Assembly (NCBI GenBank): GCA_965112155.1
Contig: OZ218098.1
Reading direction: 5' to 3' (one strand)
Source of the DNA: Podarcis liolepis
Taxonomy: Eukaryota
Length of the DNA stretch: 64,000 bases
A program made the position numbers and the translations under genes. Within the stretch, counting starts at the first letter, position 1. Each line of letters starts with the position of its first letter. Below the pieces are notes generated by a model, which was given only the letters and a program-made list of their open reading frames with translations, did not search any database and had not been told where the DNA came from. Shown one piece after another: positions 25,408 to 36,414 of this stretch.

Positions 25408-27061
25408 TATTGTCTTTGACTAAATTCATGTTCATTTGTTCTTGATCACTTTTGTAATTGAATGCGCCTGGGCGAAATGGGATTGAATCAAATCTTAGAC
25501 TGGCCTTAACCAACAAGGTAAATGGTTTTGGAGCGGTGTGTCATTGCATCCAAGTTGCCGCTATAACTCTTGGGAACAAAATTCTCTATAACCAGTTTCT
25601 TGTCTCCTTCTCTCCAACCCCCCCCCCCCCAAAAAAAATAATTAAAAAATTGGGTGGGTGTGTTGGAGGATTGAGTGGGGACAGTGGGATTCTTCAGTTC
25701 CAGGCCCATTTTTCTGAGCTTTGAGAGAACACATAGGAAAAGACCACCTTTCTTCTTCTTCTTCTTCTTCTTCTTCTTCTTCTTCTCAGAAATTTCCTAG
25801 GGAAAGCTTGGGAAGCCCATTCAAAATGTTGACCCCAAAATCTGACTGCCTGATGCCGCAGGCATTTTGAGGAGAACTCAAAAATATTGTGATAATTCTG
25901 GCTTTCAAAATAATAATAATCTGTATTGTATATTTTGAGAACCATGTATGCATCTGTTTGTTTTGCAAAATCTGAGCTCTGATAATTGGCATCTTCGGGA
26001 GATCTATGGACTTTTCAACCCTGTTTCAAAGACATTGTCCATCTGTGATCATATTCCACGTGCTCACCAAAGCTTGAGAACTAAGGATTTTAAGAGAGCA
26101 AACCTCATTGAATTCTTTTTATTGTGGTCTTTCAGCAGAGGTCAAAAGTAATGCACTCCTGCTAGAAAACCACTTTAAATGCTTTTCATATTTGTTGTGG
26201 GGGAACAGTGTCCTCTGATTAAAAGAGCCGTTTCAAAGCTTGAAGGGGTGATTTGTACTGCTGTCTCGAAATTAGATATGAAATTATATTGAGAAGGACA
26301 GACAAAGGAACTGTCTTTCCCCAAACGTTTCTGTCTGATCATTTTTGAATTCTTCCCCAAGACTGTGCATTGTTTGCAGTGAAATAGCCCAGGCTTTTAG
26401 ACGAAGATACAATACTTACTAATTTGTATTATTATTTCACAGTATTTACAGCCAGATTCCACAGAAGCTGGTCAGAGGAAAGACAACTAGGGTGGAATTC
26501 ACAGCAATGCTAAAAAGGTCATTCCATCAGCACTAGTATTTCTGCTTGCTTGATGGAACACTCTCCCCTTCCCCCTACTCTTCTGGAGGTTCTCCTGATC
26601 CCCCCATAGATGGTTGGGGGAACAGGATGATTCAAGGGGAGAGACAAGTGGGGAGAAGTCCCATGTGCTTAGCGGGATTCATTCCGCTGACTCCCATTAG
26701 CAGATCTATTTAGTTCCCATCAGCCCTGATCACTGATTTTGCTAGATAGGGATGATGGGAGTTGTAGTCCAAAAACAGCTGGGGACCCAAGTTTGAAAAA
26801 CATTGATTTAGTTGAATCTAGCCCACTGAGTTTAACTGGAATTAGGAAGGAGAAACAACACTGAATTTGGAAATAGGAATTTAGAATTTGTAGTAGAAAC
26901 ATTCTGTAGGTTCTGCTAAGAGACCAGCTCCATTCAACACTCTTCCTCTCTGTAATATTTCCATTCCAACAGGTGATCATTCTAAAAACTACTATGTAAC
27001 ATTAAGAATGGTAGCTGAGGTTTCTTCTTTTCCTCTTCCTTTCCATCCCTTTCCCCTTCCG

Positions 27062-27376
27062 AATACCAAGCAACATTTGTCCGATGAAAATAGGGATGTC
27101 CTATTCCATAATAATAATAATAACAATAATAATAAGCTACCCATTAAACATTAAATAACTTCCCTATTTAGGGATATGTTCAGATGTCTTTTAAGGGTTT
27201 TAGTTACTTATTTCCTTGGCTCAGGAGTTGCCTAACTCCATACCCTCCAACATTTGTCCGATTAAAACAGGGACATCCTAAGTAAAAGTGGGACATTTCA
27301 GGATGAAATCAAAAACCGGGATGGCTTCTGTAAAACTGGGACTGTCCCTGGAAAATAGGGACACTTAGAAGGTCTG
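27062..27376. mobile_element. Composite hAT-type MITE carrying an antisense L2 3' end (copy 2)
   Basis: Decayed left terminus, (TAA)n plus L2 fragment, internal CATACCCTCCAACATTT at 27239, right end GGGACACTTAGAAGGTCTG. Confidence 0.8.
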
Positions 27377-28469
27377 CTTTTGTGTTGTACCTTCTAAATA
27401 GAAAGCTTGCAGGCAGGGAATTAAAAAATTGATCTTATGGAAACCACTCTGGGAGTCCCCCCCCCCCAACTGAACAGCAGGGTGAAAATAATTTAAATTA
27501 CTTAATATATGACCAACAGACATAATGTGTATGTTGCCTCTTGGCTTGAAGTGGATGGAATGTTCCCTCAGGCCTCTTTAAAGGGACTTGGATTTTTTAA
27601 TCCATGGAAATAAGCTACCAATGAGCTTTTCGAAGCAAAATATCATTTCTAATCTTCACCTCCCAGGGCACTGCTGATATGTGTCACTGCTTTGGACCAT
27701 AACCACAAAGATGAAAATTGTAGATTCTTTAGAAAGAAAGTGGATTTTTTATTATTTTTTTAAAGGAGAGCAGTGATTCAACCATGAACTGCTTCGTGAG
27801 AGAGCTTCCCTGGAATGAGAGAAAGAAATGTGGACAGACGTAATGATGAAATATTTCAGAGCAGGCCAAGCCTGGCCCTCCCATCAGGTTCACAAAAGTC
27901 TTCCCTTCGCATCACCTTCCCTCCCATTCGGGCCACATCATTTCATGGATGTCGACATTAAGGCTAATTCAGAGAGCCACAAAGATGATAAGTGGCTTGG
28001 AAAGCACTTGGCTCTCCCGAGTGTGACGCTGGCCTCTCCTGGGAGGCATGGAAAGTTGGTGCAGGGCTGTTGCCACCCATTTATAATTTTTATGGACTGC
28101 TCCTATTTAGGGAGGGCTCTGTCCATAATATGTAAACACTTGTTACTGAGAGTGTCAGCCCCTTATTCTGCATTGCCATAGATTCTGCATGAATGATGGA
28201 TTGTGGAGGAGGCATTTGTCACCATGATAGATTAAAGCTGGAGCCTGGCTAAACTTTACTTTCATCTTGTCAAAAGCAACCAGATTCTGAGCTCCAAAGG
28301 CTCTGTCCTGAGGTACTCACCTTAAATTTCTGTAACTTGTTTTTATTATATTTATTTAGTTAACGGGGGGGGGGAGGGATTAATTGCTTCTTTTAATCTC
28401 TAAACCAGCCCATCATCACACAGATCCAAGGGAGGTTTGCCAGCACCTGTGCAATGGTCTCACTCAGGA

Positions 28470-28924
28470 GACTGTGAAAGTTTTAATGCAGAGGTTGGAT
28501 GGCCACCTGTCAAGGATGCTTTACAGTGGTGCCTCGCAAGACGAAAAGAATCTGTTCTGTGATTCTCTTCGTCTAGCGATTTTTTCGTCTTGCGAAGCAA
28601 GCCCATTGAAGGATTAGCGCTATTAGCGCTATTAGCGGCTTTTAGCGGCTTATCTGCTGATCGGATCAGCTGATAAGCGGCTTAGTGGCTTAGAAAAAAG
28701 GGGGGAAGGAAAAAAAACCCGCAGGAACTCACAAGACATTGTCGTCTTGCGAAGCAAGCCCATAGGAAATTTGTTATGCGAAGCACCTCCAAAACGGAAA
28801 ACTCTTTCGTCTAGCGAGTTTTCCGTCTTGCGAGGCATTCGTCTTGCGGGGCACCACTGTATTTGAGTTTCTTTCATTGCAGGGGTTTGGACTAGATGTC
28901 CCTAAATGACGGTTCTATGATTCT
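28470..28924 (+). mobile_element. CR1 3' end split by a Tigger-like MITE
   Basis: GCAGAGGTTGGATGGCCACCTGTC..GGATGCTTTA | MITE | TTGAG...CATTGCAGGGGTTTGGACTAGATG...TTCTATGATTCT. Confidence 0.75.
28524..28859. mobile_element. Tigger-like MITE with TA TSD
   Basis: 22-bp TIR CAGTGGTGCCTCGCAAGACGAA / TTCGTCTTGCGGGGCACCACTG (1 mismatch), TA on both sides, internal ATTAGCG(G)CT repeats. Confidence 0.92.
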
Positions 28925-29022
28925 TTTATTCTAACACCCATCATGTCCAACCAATTGCCATGAAGCAATCATATTCATAAAACAAACCTTTCCCCCTCCG
29001 TTTAGTTCAACCAATCCAAATA

Positions 29023-29259
29023 CAGTGATACCTCGGTTTTCTTACGTAGTCCATTCCGGAAGACCGTTTGGGTTCTGAAATGTTCAAAAACCGAAAACTC
29101 AGTACAGAAGCCTCAAAACGGAAAACTCAGTATGGAAGCTGCATTCCATGTTCGACTTCCAAGGCGTGCTCAAAAACCGAAGCATTTACTTCTGGGTTGA
29201 TGGCGTTAGAAAACCAAGATGTTCGTCAACGGAGACGTTCAAAAACCGAGGTACCACTG
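29023..29259. mobile_element. Tigger-like MITE with TA TSD
   Basis: TIR CAGTGATACCTCGGTTTT / AAAACCGAGGTACCACTG, TA flanks. Confidence 0.9.
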
Positions 29260-29596
29260 TACCTGCTTATAGTATAACGGGTGAAACACACAGCCTTCAA
29301 ATGACCACCATTCCTCACCTTATCCAATGGCCTGAGTAAAGTCAGCACCCAACACACTGCTTCTTGGGTGCCGCCCCCCCATAGTTTTGCCCTATTATTT
29401 TAATGGGGTTTCTTGGTTGCGTTATTTAGCAACCCTCTGCCTCCAGATTGGAGAAAGAACAACTCAGAGATTCTATTTGCAAGCAAGCAGCAGATATATT
29501 ATGTTGAACAAACAGATAAAAATATGAGCAGGATAGAAAAGTACAAAAAAAACATGATTATTCTCTCTCTTGTGTAGCAGGGGTGGCATTCCAGAG

Positions 29597-29773
29597 CAGG
29601 GGCAGAATTTGGTCTTTTTAATTTCAGCGGCACTCTGGGTGAGCCCAAAATTTGGCGCCCCCTGCCTCTTGCCTTCCGTTCTGCTCAATTCACTCCATCA
29701 ACGTCTTGTGGGGCCTCCTAGGCTCAGCACCCAGTGCGGTGGAACTGGTCTCACTGCCCTAAATCCACCTCTG
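29597..29773. mobile_element. hAT (Tip100-like) MITE
   Basis: CAGGGGCAGAATTT / AAATCCACCTCTG termini; 8-bp TSD TTCCAGAG / TTCCAGAA. Confidence 0.75.
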
Positions 29774-30914
29774 TTCCAGAAGTGGCGCGGGGGGGGGGGG
29801 GCAACGCATAGAAGGCCCTTTTCTCACACTTCCTCTGTAATTTGCAGTGCACCATAAGGATCCTGAAATATAGGGCAGTTCATAGCAGGCTAACAAACTA
29901 ATGAATATGGCACAAAAGGATGAAAAAATAGAAAGGGAAGAAGAAAACAAGAATTCCCAGCTACTCCTTCAGTGGCCAATGAATGAGGCTAGCTTGGTTT
30001 CCTTCTTGCCATGACTTCTTCCTGGGAGGCAAGGAATGTAACCTCCCAGTGGCCTCTTGGGACCTGGCAGTGGCAGACCTCAAATTTCAACAGAATTCTG
30101 TATGACACGAAAATTCACACACACACCCCTTCTCACCTTTCATTCCACATCTTAGTTGTAGTGCCCTCTGCAGTGTCCCTGAGGCTCTGCACCCAGTGCA
30201 ACTGAACCAGTCACAAACCCCAAAATCTGCCCCTGGCCCATGGCAAAGACCCATGTGTGCCTTCCTTCAGCTCTGTAGTCCCTGGTAATGTGTAAACTTA
30301 TTTTTTCTGTGCAGGTTTTTAAATAAATCCACAGATTAATGAGGGAATGGAATGGAATGTATTGATGCATGAATCCATGAAAAATTGGCCGGGTCTGGAA
30401 AAAAGACTTCTCTGCCCATCTTTAGTCATGAGTCTTATGTAATCAGTGCCAGCCCTAGACACTGTGTCTATATCAGAGCTCAGCAGGACAACACTACTTC
30501 TTTTTCCTGAGTTGTCACTTGGAATCCACCTCGGCGACCTCTGTGGGCCTCTGGTGCCCTGCTTCTTTCCATTTTCTTTGGTCTGGCTGATCCCTGGACC
30601 GTAGATATAAGTGAGCACTGCCAGGGGAACCATCTGTCTTCATTTTGTTACGCTTAATTCTCATGGATGTGTCACTGACTGCTTGTCCGATTTTCCTCCC
30701 ACATGAAAACAGTGGTATGCTGATATTAGATTTTCTAACGTGCAGTTTCGCTAGCATTTTTCTAGAGTGATCTCAGTTCCTTAAATATAAAACACCGACA
30801 GATGGACACACACAAACATGCAAATTACTAGATGCCTGACCATCCCTCAATTCCTAGTTTTAGCAGTACAGAGCAGATACTGGCTGCAACCCAAAATATA
30901 CTTTCCAGGAACAA

Positions 30915-31300
30915 GGAATGGGAGAACCTGTGAGTTTTGATTCTCTCAGTTTCTCATTCTTCCAGTCTTACCTTCAGTTCTGTACATCAGTTAGTTTGTT
31001 GTTTGTTCTAAAAGCCCTCATGAAAATCCATTAGCATTTCAAACAAACTTTTCCAAATATACATATTTGCATGCAATTTTGCTCAATAAACACATTTTTG
31101 CAAGCAGTTTCTGCTAATGTTATTTTCACTAATATCGAAATTTTTATGCAGGCTTTACCCTAGTGTACACATTTATTGTCTGCCGAACTGAATTTCAAAT
31201 TGTGAATGATGACTATATTTCGGTTCACGGATTGTTTCAGAAAGGGCCAATTGGGTAGTTTCACCTTTAAATGTGAACTGAATTGAATTTTCCCCCCACC
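30915..31300 (-). mobile_element. AT-rich hAT-like element
   Basis: Reverse complement of the 16452 family (ends CCTTTAAATGTGAACTGAATTGAATTTTCCCCC). Confidence 0.65.
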
Positions 31301-31400
31301 CCGCCCTCAATATGTACTAGGAACTTCATGCCAGTTTTCTCCCCCCAGTAAACAGGTCTAGGATTAGGCTAAACTTGGAGAGAAGACTTTCTTATATTGC

Positions 31401-31812
31401 TGTTGTTGGAATCTGTCCGTCTCGAGAAACAATGGCGTTTGCCTGCAGGGGTGAAGTCAGACCGCTGTGTTAGCAGCACCTAGGTGACCTCCCCGGGTCA
31501 CAATCCTGGGCAGTGTGTAGGGAGGTCTTGGGCTGTCCAGACAACAGGACTCCTCTCTCGGTCTCATTGATGTAGCCTATAGGAAAGCAGACCAATATGT
31601 TTGGCACCAGCATGGCTGCAGGAGTTGCTAGAAGGAGGCATACAAGATGCCATCCAGCTGCCTTAGGGACTCCACTCTGGGTTTGTGTGAGGTTTACTCC
31701 TTAGCCCTTTCTTCTCCCAAAGATATCCCAGAAGGCAGCAGAGGTTTAGGATCTGAGCTTTCCTTCTCCTAGATGGGCTAACTTCCCAGGCTGATGAGCC
31801 CCATCTGGCTCC
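31401..31812 (-). mobile_element. Non-autonomous RTE-derived bipartite retroelement
   Basis: Minus strand starts CAGATGGGGCTCATCAGCCTGGGAAG..CCCATCTAGGAGAAGGAAA (RTE 5'UTR-like) and ends CTCGAGACGGACAGATTC(CAA)n; no ORF; possible decayed TSD CTTTCTTATATTGC / CTTTCTCATTTGGC (11/14). Confidence 0.55.
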
Positions 31813-31827
31813 CTTTCTCATTTGGCG

Positions 31828-32063
31828 TCAAGTTACAAGGAAGGAGATTTTGACTAAACATCAGGAAGACCTTTCTGATAGTAAGAGCTGTTTGACATGG
31901 AACGGATTCCCTGAGATGGTGGTGGACTCACTTTCATCTGAGGTTTTTAAGCAGAAGTTGGATGGTCAACTGTCATGGATGCTTTGGTTGAGATTCCTGC
32001 ACTGCAACAGGTTGGACTGCATGACCCTCAATATACCTTCCAAGTCTACAGTTCTACGATTCT
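31828..32063 (+). mobile_element. CR1 LINE 3' end
   Basis: Aligns by eye to 54220-54459 (AACATCAGGAAGA...GAGGTTTTTAAGCAGA...TTCTACGATTCT). Confidence 0.85.
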
Positions 32064-32628
32064 CATCACTCCTCACCTTCTTGTGAAACTGTTCACTTAG
32101 GGAGGAAATCAATGTTATGCCAAGATGAGCATTTCAACTTGTCCAAATAGCAATCTCCCTTCTTCTCCCCAGTGCTTGTTCCAGGGGTTCTTCTGATACC
32201 CACAGCCCATTTTGGGGGCACCGAGGAAGGGAAGGAAATCCCCCCTGTCCAAGCAAAACCTCCACCCCAGGGCTTCCACTGGGAGGACTCATTAGTTGAA
32301 TCTCACCCTTAATCTCCTTTATGATAACCCTGTTCACCCCTTGACTCTTTATTCTTTCCCTTGCTCTGCTGCTACATTATTCTTGCATGTCCTTTCCATT
32401 TCCCTTCCTGCCCCCAACTTACTTGTCTTCAAGAGCATGGTAAATGTCTTGAAGTTAAATAGAGTGCTGGTAGCACTCTACTTAAAGCACATTGTCTGCA
32501 ATAAAAAAATGGCAAAACTTTTTGAACTTGAAATAATAATAATGGCAACCTTATCCAGGCACCATTAGGTATAGCTTTATTTCCATTTTCAGCAGGTGAG
32601 GGGAGAGTACCCCTTCTTTCTCACATAC

Positions 32629-32958
32629 CTTCCAAACATCCAGTTTAATGCCAGCTGCTTTAGCAATTGAGTGCAGAGAGCTCCCTTACATTCCCAGCCC
32701 CCGATTCTGTTTACTATGCTGAAGAGGCCCTTGTAAATTTGGGTAGAGTCTTCATTGTCATCTTTTGCCTTTGAATCTTTGGAGGAGTGTGGAGGAGATT
32801 GCACAAAGCCTGCTACGTTGACAGGGTTATTGGACTCTGGCAAGACAATAGATGGGAACCTTGTGCACCGTGGCCTGTGCTGGGATCTTGAAGATGCAAT
32901 TATGCATTCCATCTGCCTGAAATGAAAGCGACAGGATCTGTGAGTCTGACTGTAGACT
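32629..32958 (-). other. Candidate spliced exon (330 nt, open, phase 2-2), product unknown
   Basis: Acceptor TTTTAATTTTTCTTTTCAG, donor AAG|GTATGT, stop-free in the frame of ORF 32589-33032; peptide not recognised. Confidence 0.25.
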
Positions 32959-33289
32959 CTGAAAAGAAAAATTAAAATAATAAAATGGGGTTTAAAAAAT
33001 GTTCCCCAAGAAAATGCCACTGATAGATCCATTGTTGTTGTTTTAGATGTTGTTGTTTAAAAAATTGCTTTGGAATTATTTATGTTTTATGTTTGTCAGT
33101 TTGGTTTCTTTTGTTTTTGCTTTCCTGCATTTCCATAAAACTCCCTGATGTCCACCTTTGTTTAGAATCCCAGATTTTCAAAAGGGGGGGGGAGGTTGCA
33201 CGGGGAGGGGGCAAAGAGAGAGAATAGATGACATTGCAGGTTATTGCCATTTGATGCATTTGGAGTTGGCGTTTTAAAATATTCATTTC

Positions 33290-33560
33290 AGATCAGAAGT
33301 GATGTATTTTCTGGAGACGTGAGTGGTTTATAACTGCCAGCATTGACTTTAAATTTAATGACACAAAGAATGTCACGTACATGTGACACAGCCATCACTC
33401 CCTTCATTGTAATGCAACTTTGTGACACAGGCGACACAATTTGTATGCGCGCTCCCATGCAAATAATGTCATTTGAATCCTTTTAACAGGAGATAATGAC
33501 ACAAAATTCCAGGAGTACAGGGAACAAGCCATGAAATAAGGACTTTCAAGTGACAAATGG
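33290..33560. promoter_or_regulatory. Candidate conserved enhancer (Sox-Oct composite, octamer, TGACA cluster)
   Basis: CATTGTAATGCAACT (33405-33419), ATGCAAAT (33457-33464), seven TGACA/TGTCA sites, palindrome 33371-33388; repeat-free. Confidence 0.5.
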
Positions 33561-34060
33561 CAAGTTTCCTTCCTTATTTACATTTCTCTAATTTCCCCCC
33601 TTCTTCTTATTGCTGGAGGCCAGGGATACCCACAGGAATGGTCAGGGGGGGAATGGGGACTGCAGACACCTTCATGTCCCCCACAATACAGGATCTGGAT
33701 GGAGGGACTGTCTCGCTGGGCCACACTCCAAAGTTGCATTGATATTCCCCCCCCCCCATTTCATCCTAAGTATGAACACACACACATAAAAGAAAATGAA
33801 AACTTTTCAGCTGGTTGCTGCAAAAGGTGGCTCCCATTGGAACATTAAAAAGCTGCCTTCCGCTGTATCAGAGACTGTCCATCCGTCAAGCCCAGTATTG
33901 GTAGTATGACTGGCCGCATCTCTCTGTGGTCCCAGGTAGGACGTCATCCTTCTCAGGTCTGTTTAAGGTCCTTTAAGTGGAGATGCCAGAGATGGAGCCC
34001 AGGATGTCCATTCTCAAGATGCCAAGGTGTGGCCTGAAGGCATATGAGGCTGCCACTTTG

Positions 34061-34463
34061 CAGGGGCGGAGGAAGGGGTGTGTGGTAGGGGCGGACCAGC
34101 CCGGGTGTCTTCTCTGAGGGGGGTGACATTTGGCGCGCCGCCTGCCTGCAACTCCCAAGCCTACCCGAGCCGCCGGGGGAAGGGGGGAGCTGAGCTGCTT
34201 TGCCAGCAGCATTCCTCCCCTTCCCCCTTCATTTTGACAGCTCAGGGGAGGCTTGGGAGTGGCGGGCGGGCGGTGTGCCAAATGTCCGCCATCGACAATT
34301 CGCTCTGTCCCCCAGGGCAGCTCACTCCACCCCTGGCTGCAGGGCTCGCACGCTGCTCCGTGCACCCGAGTGGCTATCCCGCGCCTGGGAGGGCACCGTC
34401 CGTGCCCCGACCCTCTTGGGAGTGTGCCCTTCCTGGGCAGTGCGGGCATATGCTGCGCCGCTA
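34061..34463. mobile_element. GC/CpG-rich hAT (Tip100-like) non-autonomous element
   Basis: Termini CAGGGGCGGAG / CTGCGCCGCTA; perfect 8-bp TSD CCACTTTG (34053-34060, 34464-34471). Confidence 0.85.
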
Positions 34464-35924
34464 CCACTTTGTTGCAACTAAGCGGATCTAGGTCTGGCTA
34501 GGGTGTGGATGAGTGACTTCCTGGGAGCCAAACGTAGGCCACCTTCAGTTTCATGACCAAAGAAAGGTAGAGTGCAAATACAGGAAAAGCAAATAAAGAA
34601 ACAACTTGCTTTTAAAGCAGTTTACAAAAGGCAGTTATTTAAAGCATGGCTCTTTAGGAGGGCTCTCTGGGAGAGCATTTGGCTAAGTATCCTCTTCTCT
34701 TATTATGTTGATGCTGTTTGCTTTAAGATCACTGCATTGTGAATTGTTGCTGTTTTCCTTTACTGGTTAATTTGTGCTTGGCTTGCTGTTTGCTATTGTG
34801 GATTTTCAGCATTTTATAGCTTGCATGATATTTTAATTTGTGGGCTGCCCAGAATTCCGTTTTTTGCTTTGTTTTTTAACAGACATGGATTTGTGTGTGT
34901 GTGTATGTCTGCCATATGGATAGTGGCATACTCTCAGGTGATATGTTGTAAGCTACGGGTTGGCTGTGATAGCCTGCGGCTTTTGGTGGGTAACACCAAA
35001 CTGCTGGTGTGATTTTCAATTTATTTAAGACAGGGGCGCGTAATTTATGGCCGTCCCAATGTCACTGGACCACACTTCCCAGCATTCCTTACTGTTGGCT
35101 ATGCTGGTTGGAACTAGTCAAAGTTGCAGTGCAGGCAACAACCGATTCACGTGTGTCCAACTGACGTGCAACCGTGCATATGTGCATCACAGCAACCCGG
35201 AAGTGACTAGAAAAAGGGGTGGAACAGGGCGGAATGGGCTTACACACACTCCACTGTTGCATGTGATGATCTGGAACCATAGGAGCCAACTCCTAGGGGC
35301 TGAGGTCCCTTCGGGTCCCCAATGGACCAGCTTACACTGTTTCTTGCTGATTGTAACAAATAGGTTGACTGGTAATGGGGAAGCGTCTCCCTCAGATACT
35401 TGGCTCCCCAGCCATTTAAATCTTTATATGCTAATAGCTTAGCCATGAATTGGTCTCGGAAGCTTGCTGGCAGCCTGTCACTTTTCTATATTTACATGTC
35501 CTTTTCTCCATTCTCCTTTTCCAGCCATTCCATTCCTTTCCGTTCTCTCATCCCTCAACAGTCAGGTACACATATGGCGTGCCTATATTAAATTTGCATT
35601 TTTGTCAGGATCGATGGAATACTTTGATTGCTAATGTCAGCAGATGATGGTGGTGTTTTTCTTCTTCTTGTTATGCTTTGACAAATAAAATTTAAATAAA
35701 ACAAACTACCAGTTTACCTTCTGTGGGCACTGAGTTGGTCTTTTTTTCAGGGTGTGGGGCTCAGTTGTTTTGTTTTTTTAAAGATTATTGTTGTTCTACA
35801 AATCTCAAGGTTACCTTGAATCTGCTGGTACCTTCCTCTTGTTGCCGTTCTCAGTACATAAGCGATAAAACTTGACTAACTGAATCAGAATCAGTGAGGA
35901 TGGTTTCTTTACTTTTCTTCCATT

Positions 35925-36240
35925 TTAGGAACATAGGAACCTGCCTTATATGGAATTGGACCATGAGTCCATCTTGATCAGGGTTTCCCAAACTTGGTCC
36001 TTTTGGATTACAATTCCCATCATCCCTGACCACTGGTCCTGCTAGCTAGGGATCATGGTAGTTGTAGTCCAACAGCAGCTGGAGACCCAAGTTTAGGAAA
36101 CTCTTATTTAGATAAATATTGTCTACACTGAGTGGCAGTGACTCACCAGGGTTTCAGACAGGATAATTCCCAGCCCTGCCTAGAGATGTTGGTGATTGAA
36201 TCTGGGATGTTCTGCATGCAAAGAAGACGCTTCCCCACTA
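35925..36240 (-). mobile_element. tRNA-derived SINE (Squam2-like) split by a hAT MITE
   Basis: TAGGAACATAGGAAC tail, ATATTGTCTACACTGA core, TTCTGCATGCAAAG head on the minus strand. Confidence 0.7.
35979..36105. mobile_element. hAT-Charlie-like palindromic MITE
   Basis: CAGGGTTTCCCAAACTTGG / CCAAGTTTAGGAAACTCTT termini; 8-bp flanks ATCTTGAT / ATTTAGAT, each one change from the Charlie-type target NTCTAGAN. Confidence 0.85.
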
Positions 36241-36359
36241 AATAAAACAACTTAGAGGATTTATGAATGCTGTGTTGCTTAGGACACACAGTTGGTTTCT
36301 TTTATTTGCCTACTTGAGCGACCATAATGCCCACAAATAAATAAATAGCAGTATCCAAG

Positions 36360-36362
<3 letters not shown>

Positions 36363-36412
<50 letters not shown>
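36363..36412. repeat. (AG)25 microsatellite
   Basis: Direct reading. Confidence 0.98.

Positions 36413-36414
<2 letters not shown>

Noticed and set aside
28610-28695. Short tandem repeat array
   Set aside because: Internal MITE minisatellite with no unique spacers; eukaryotic DNA, not CRISPR.
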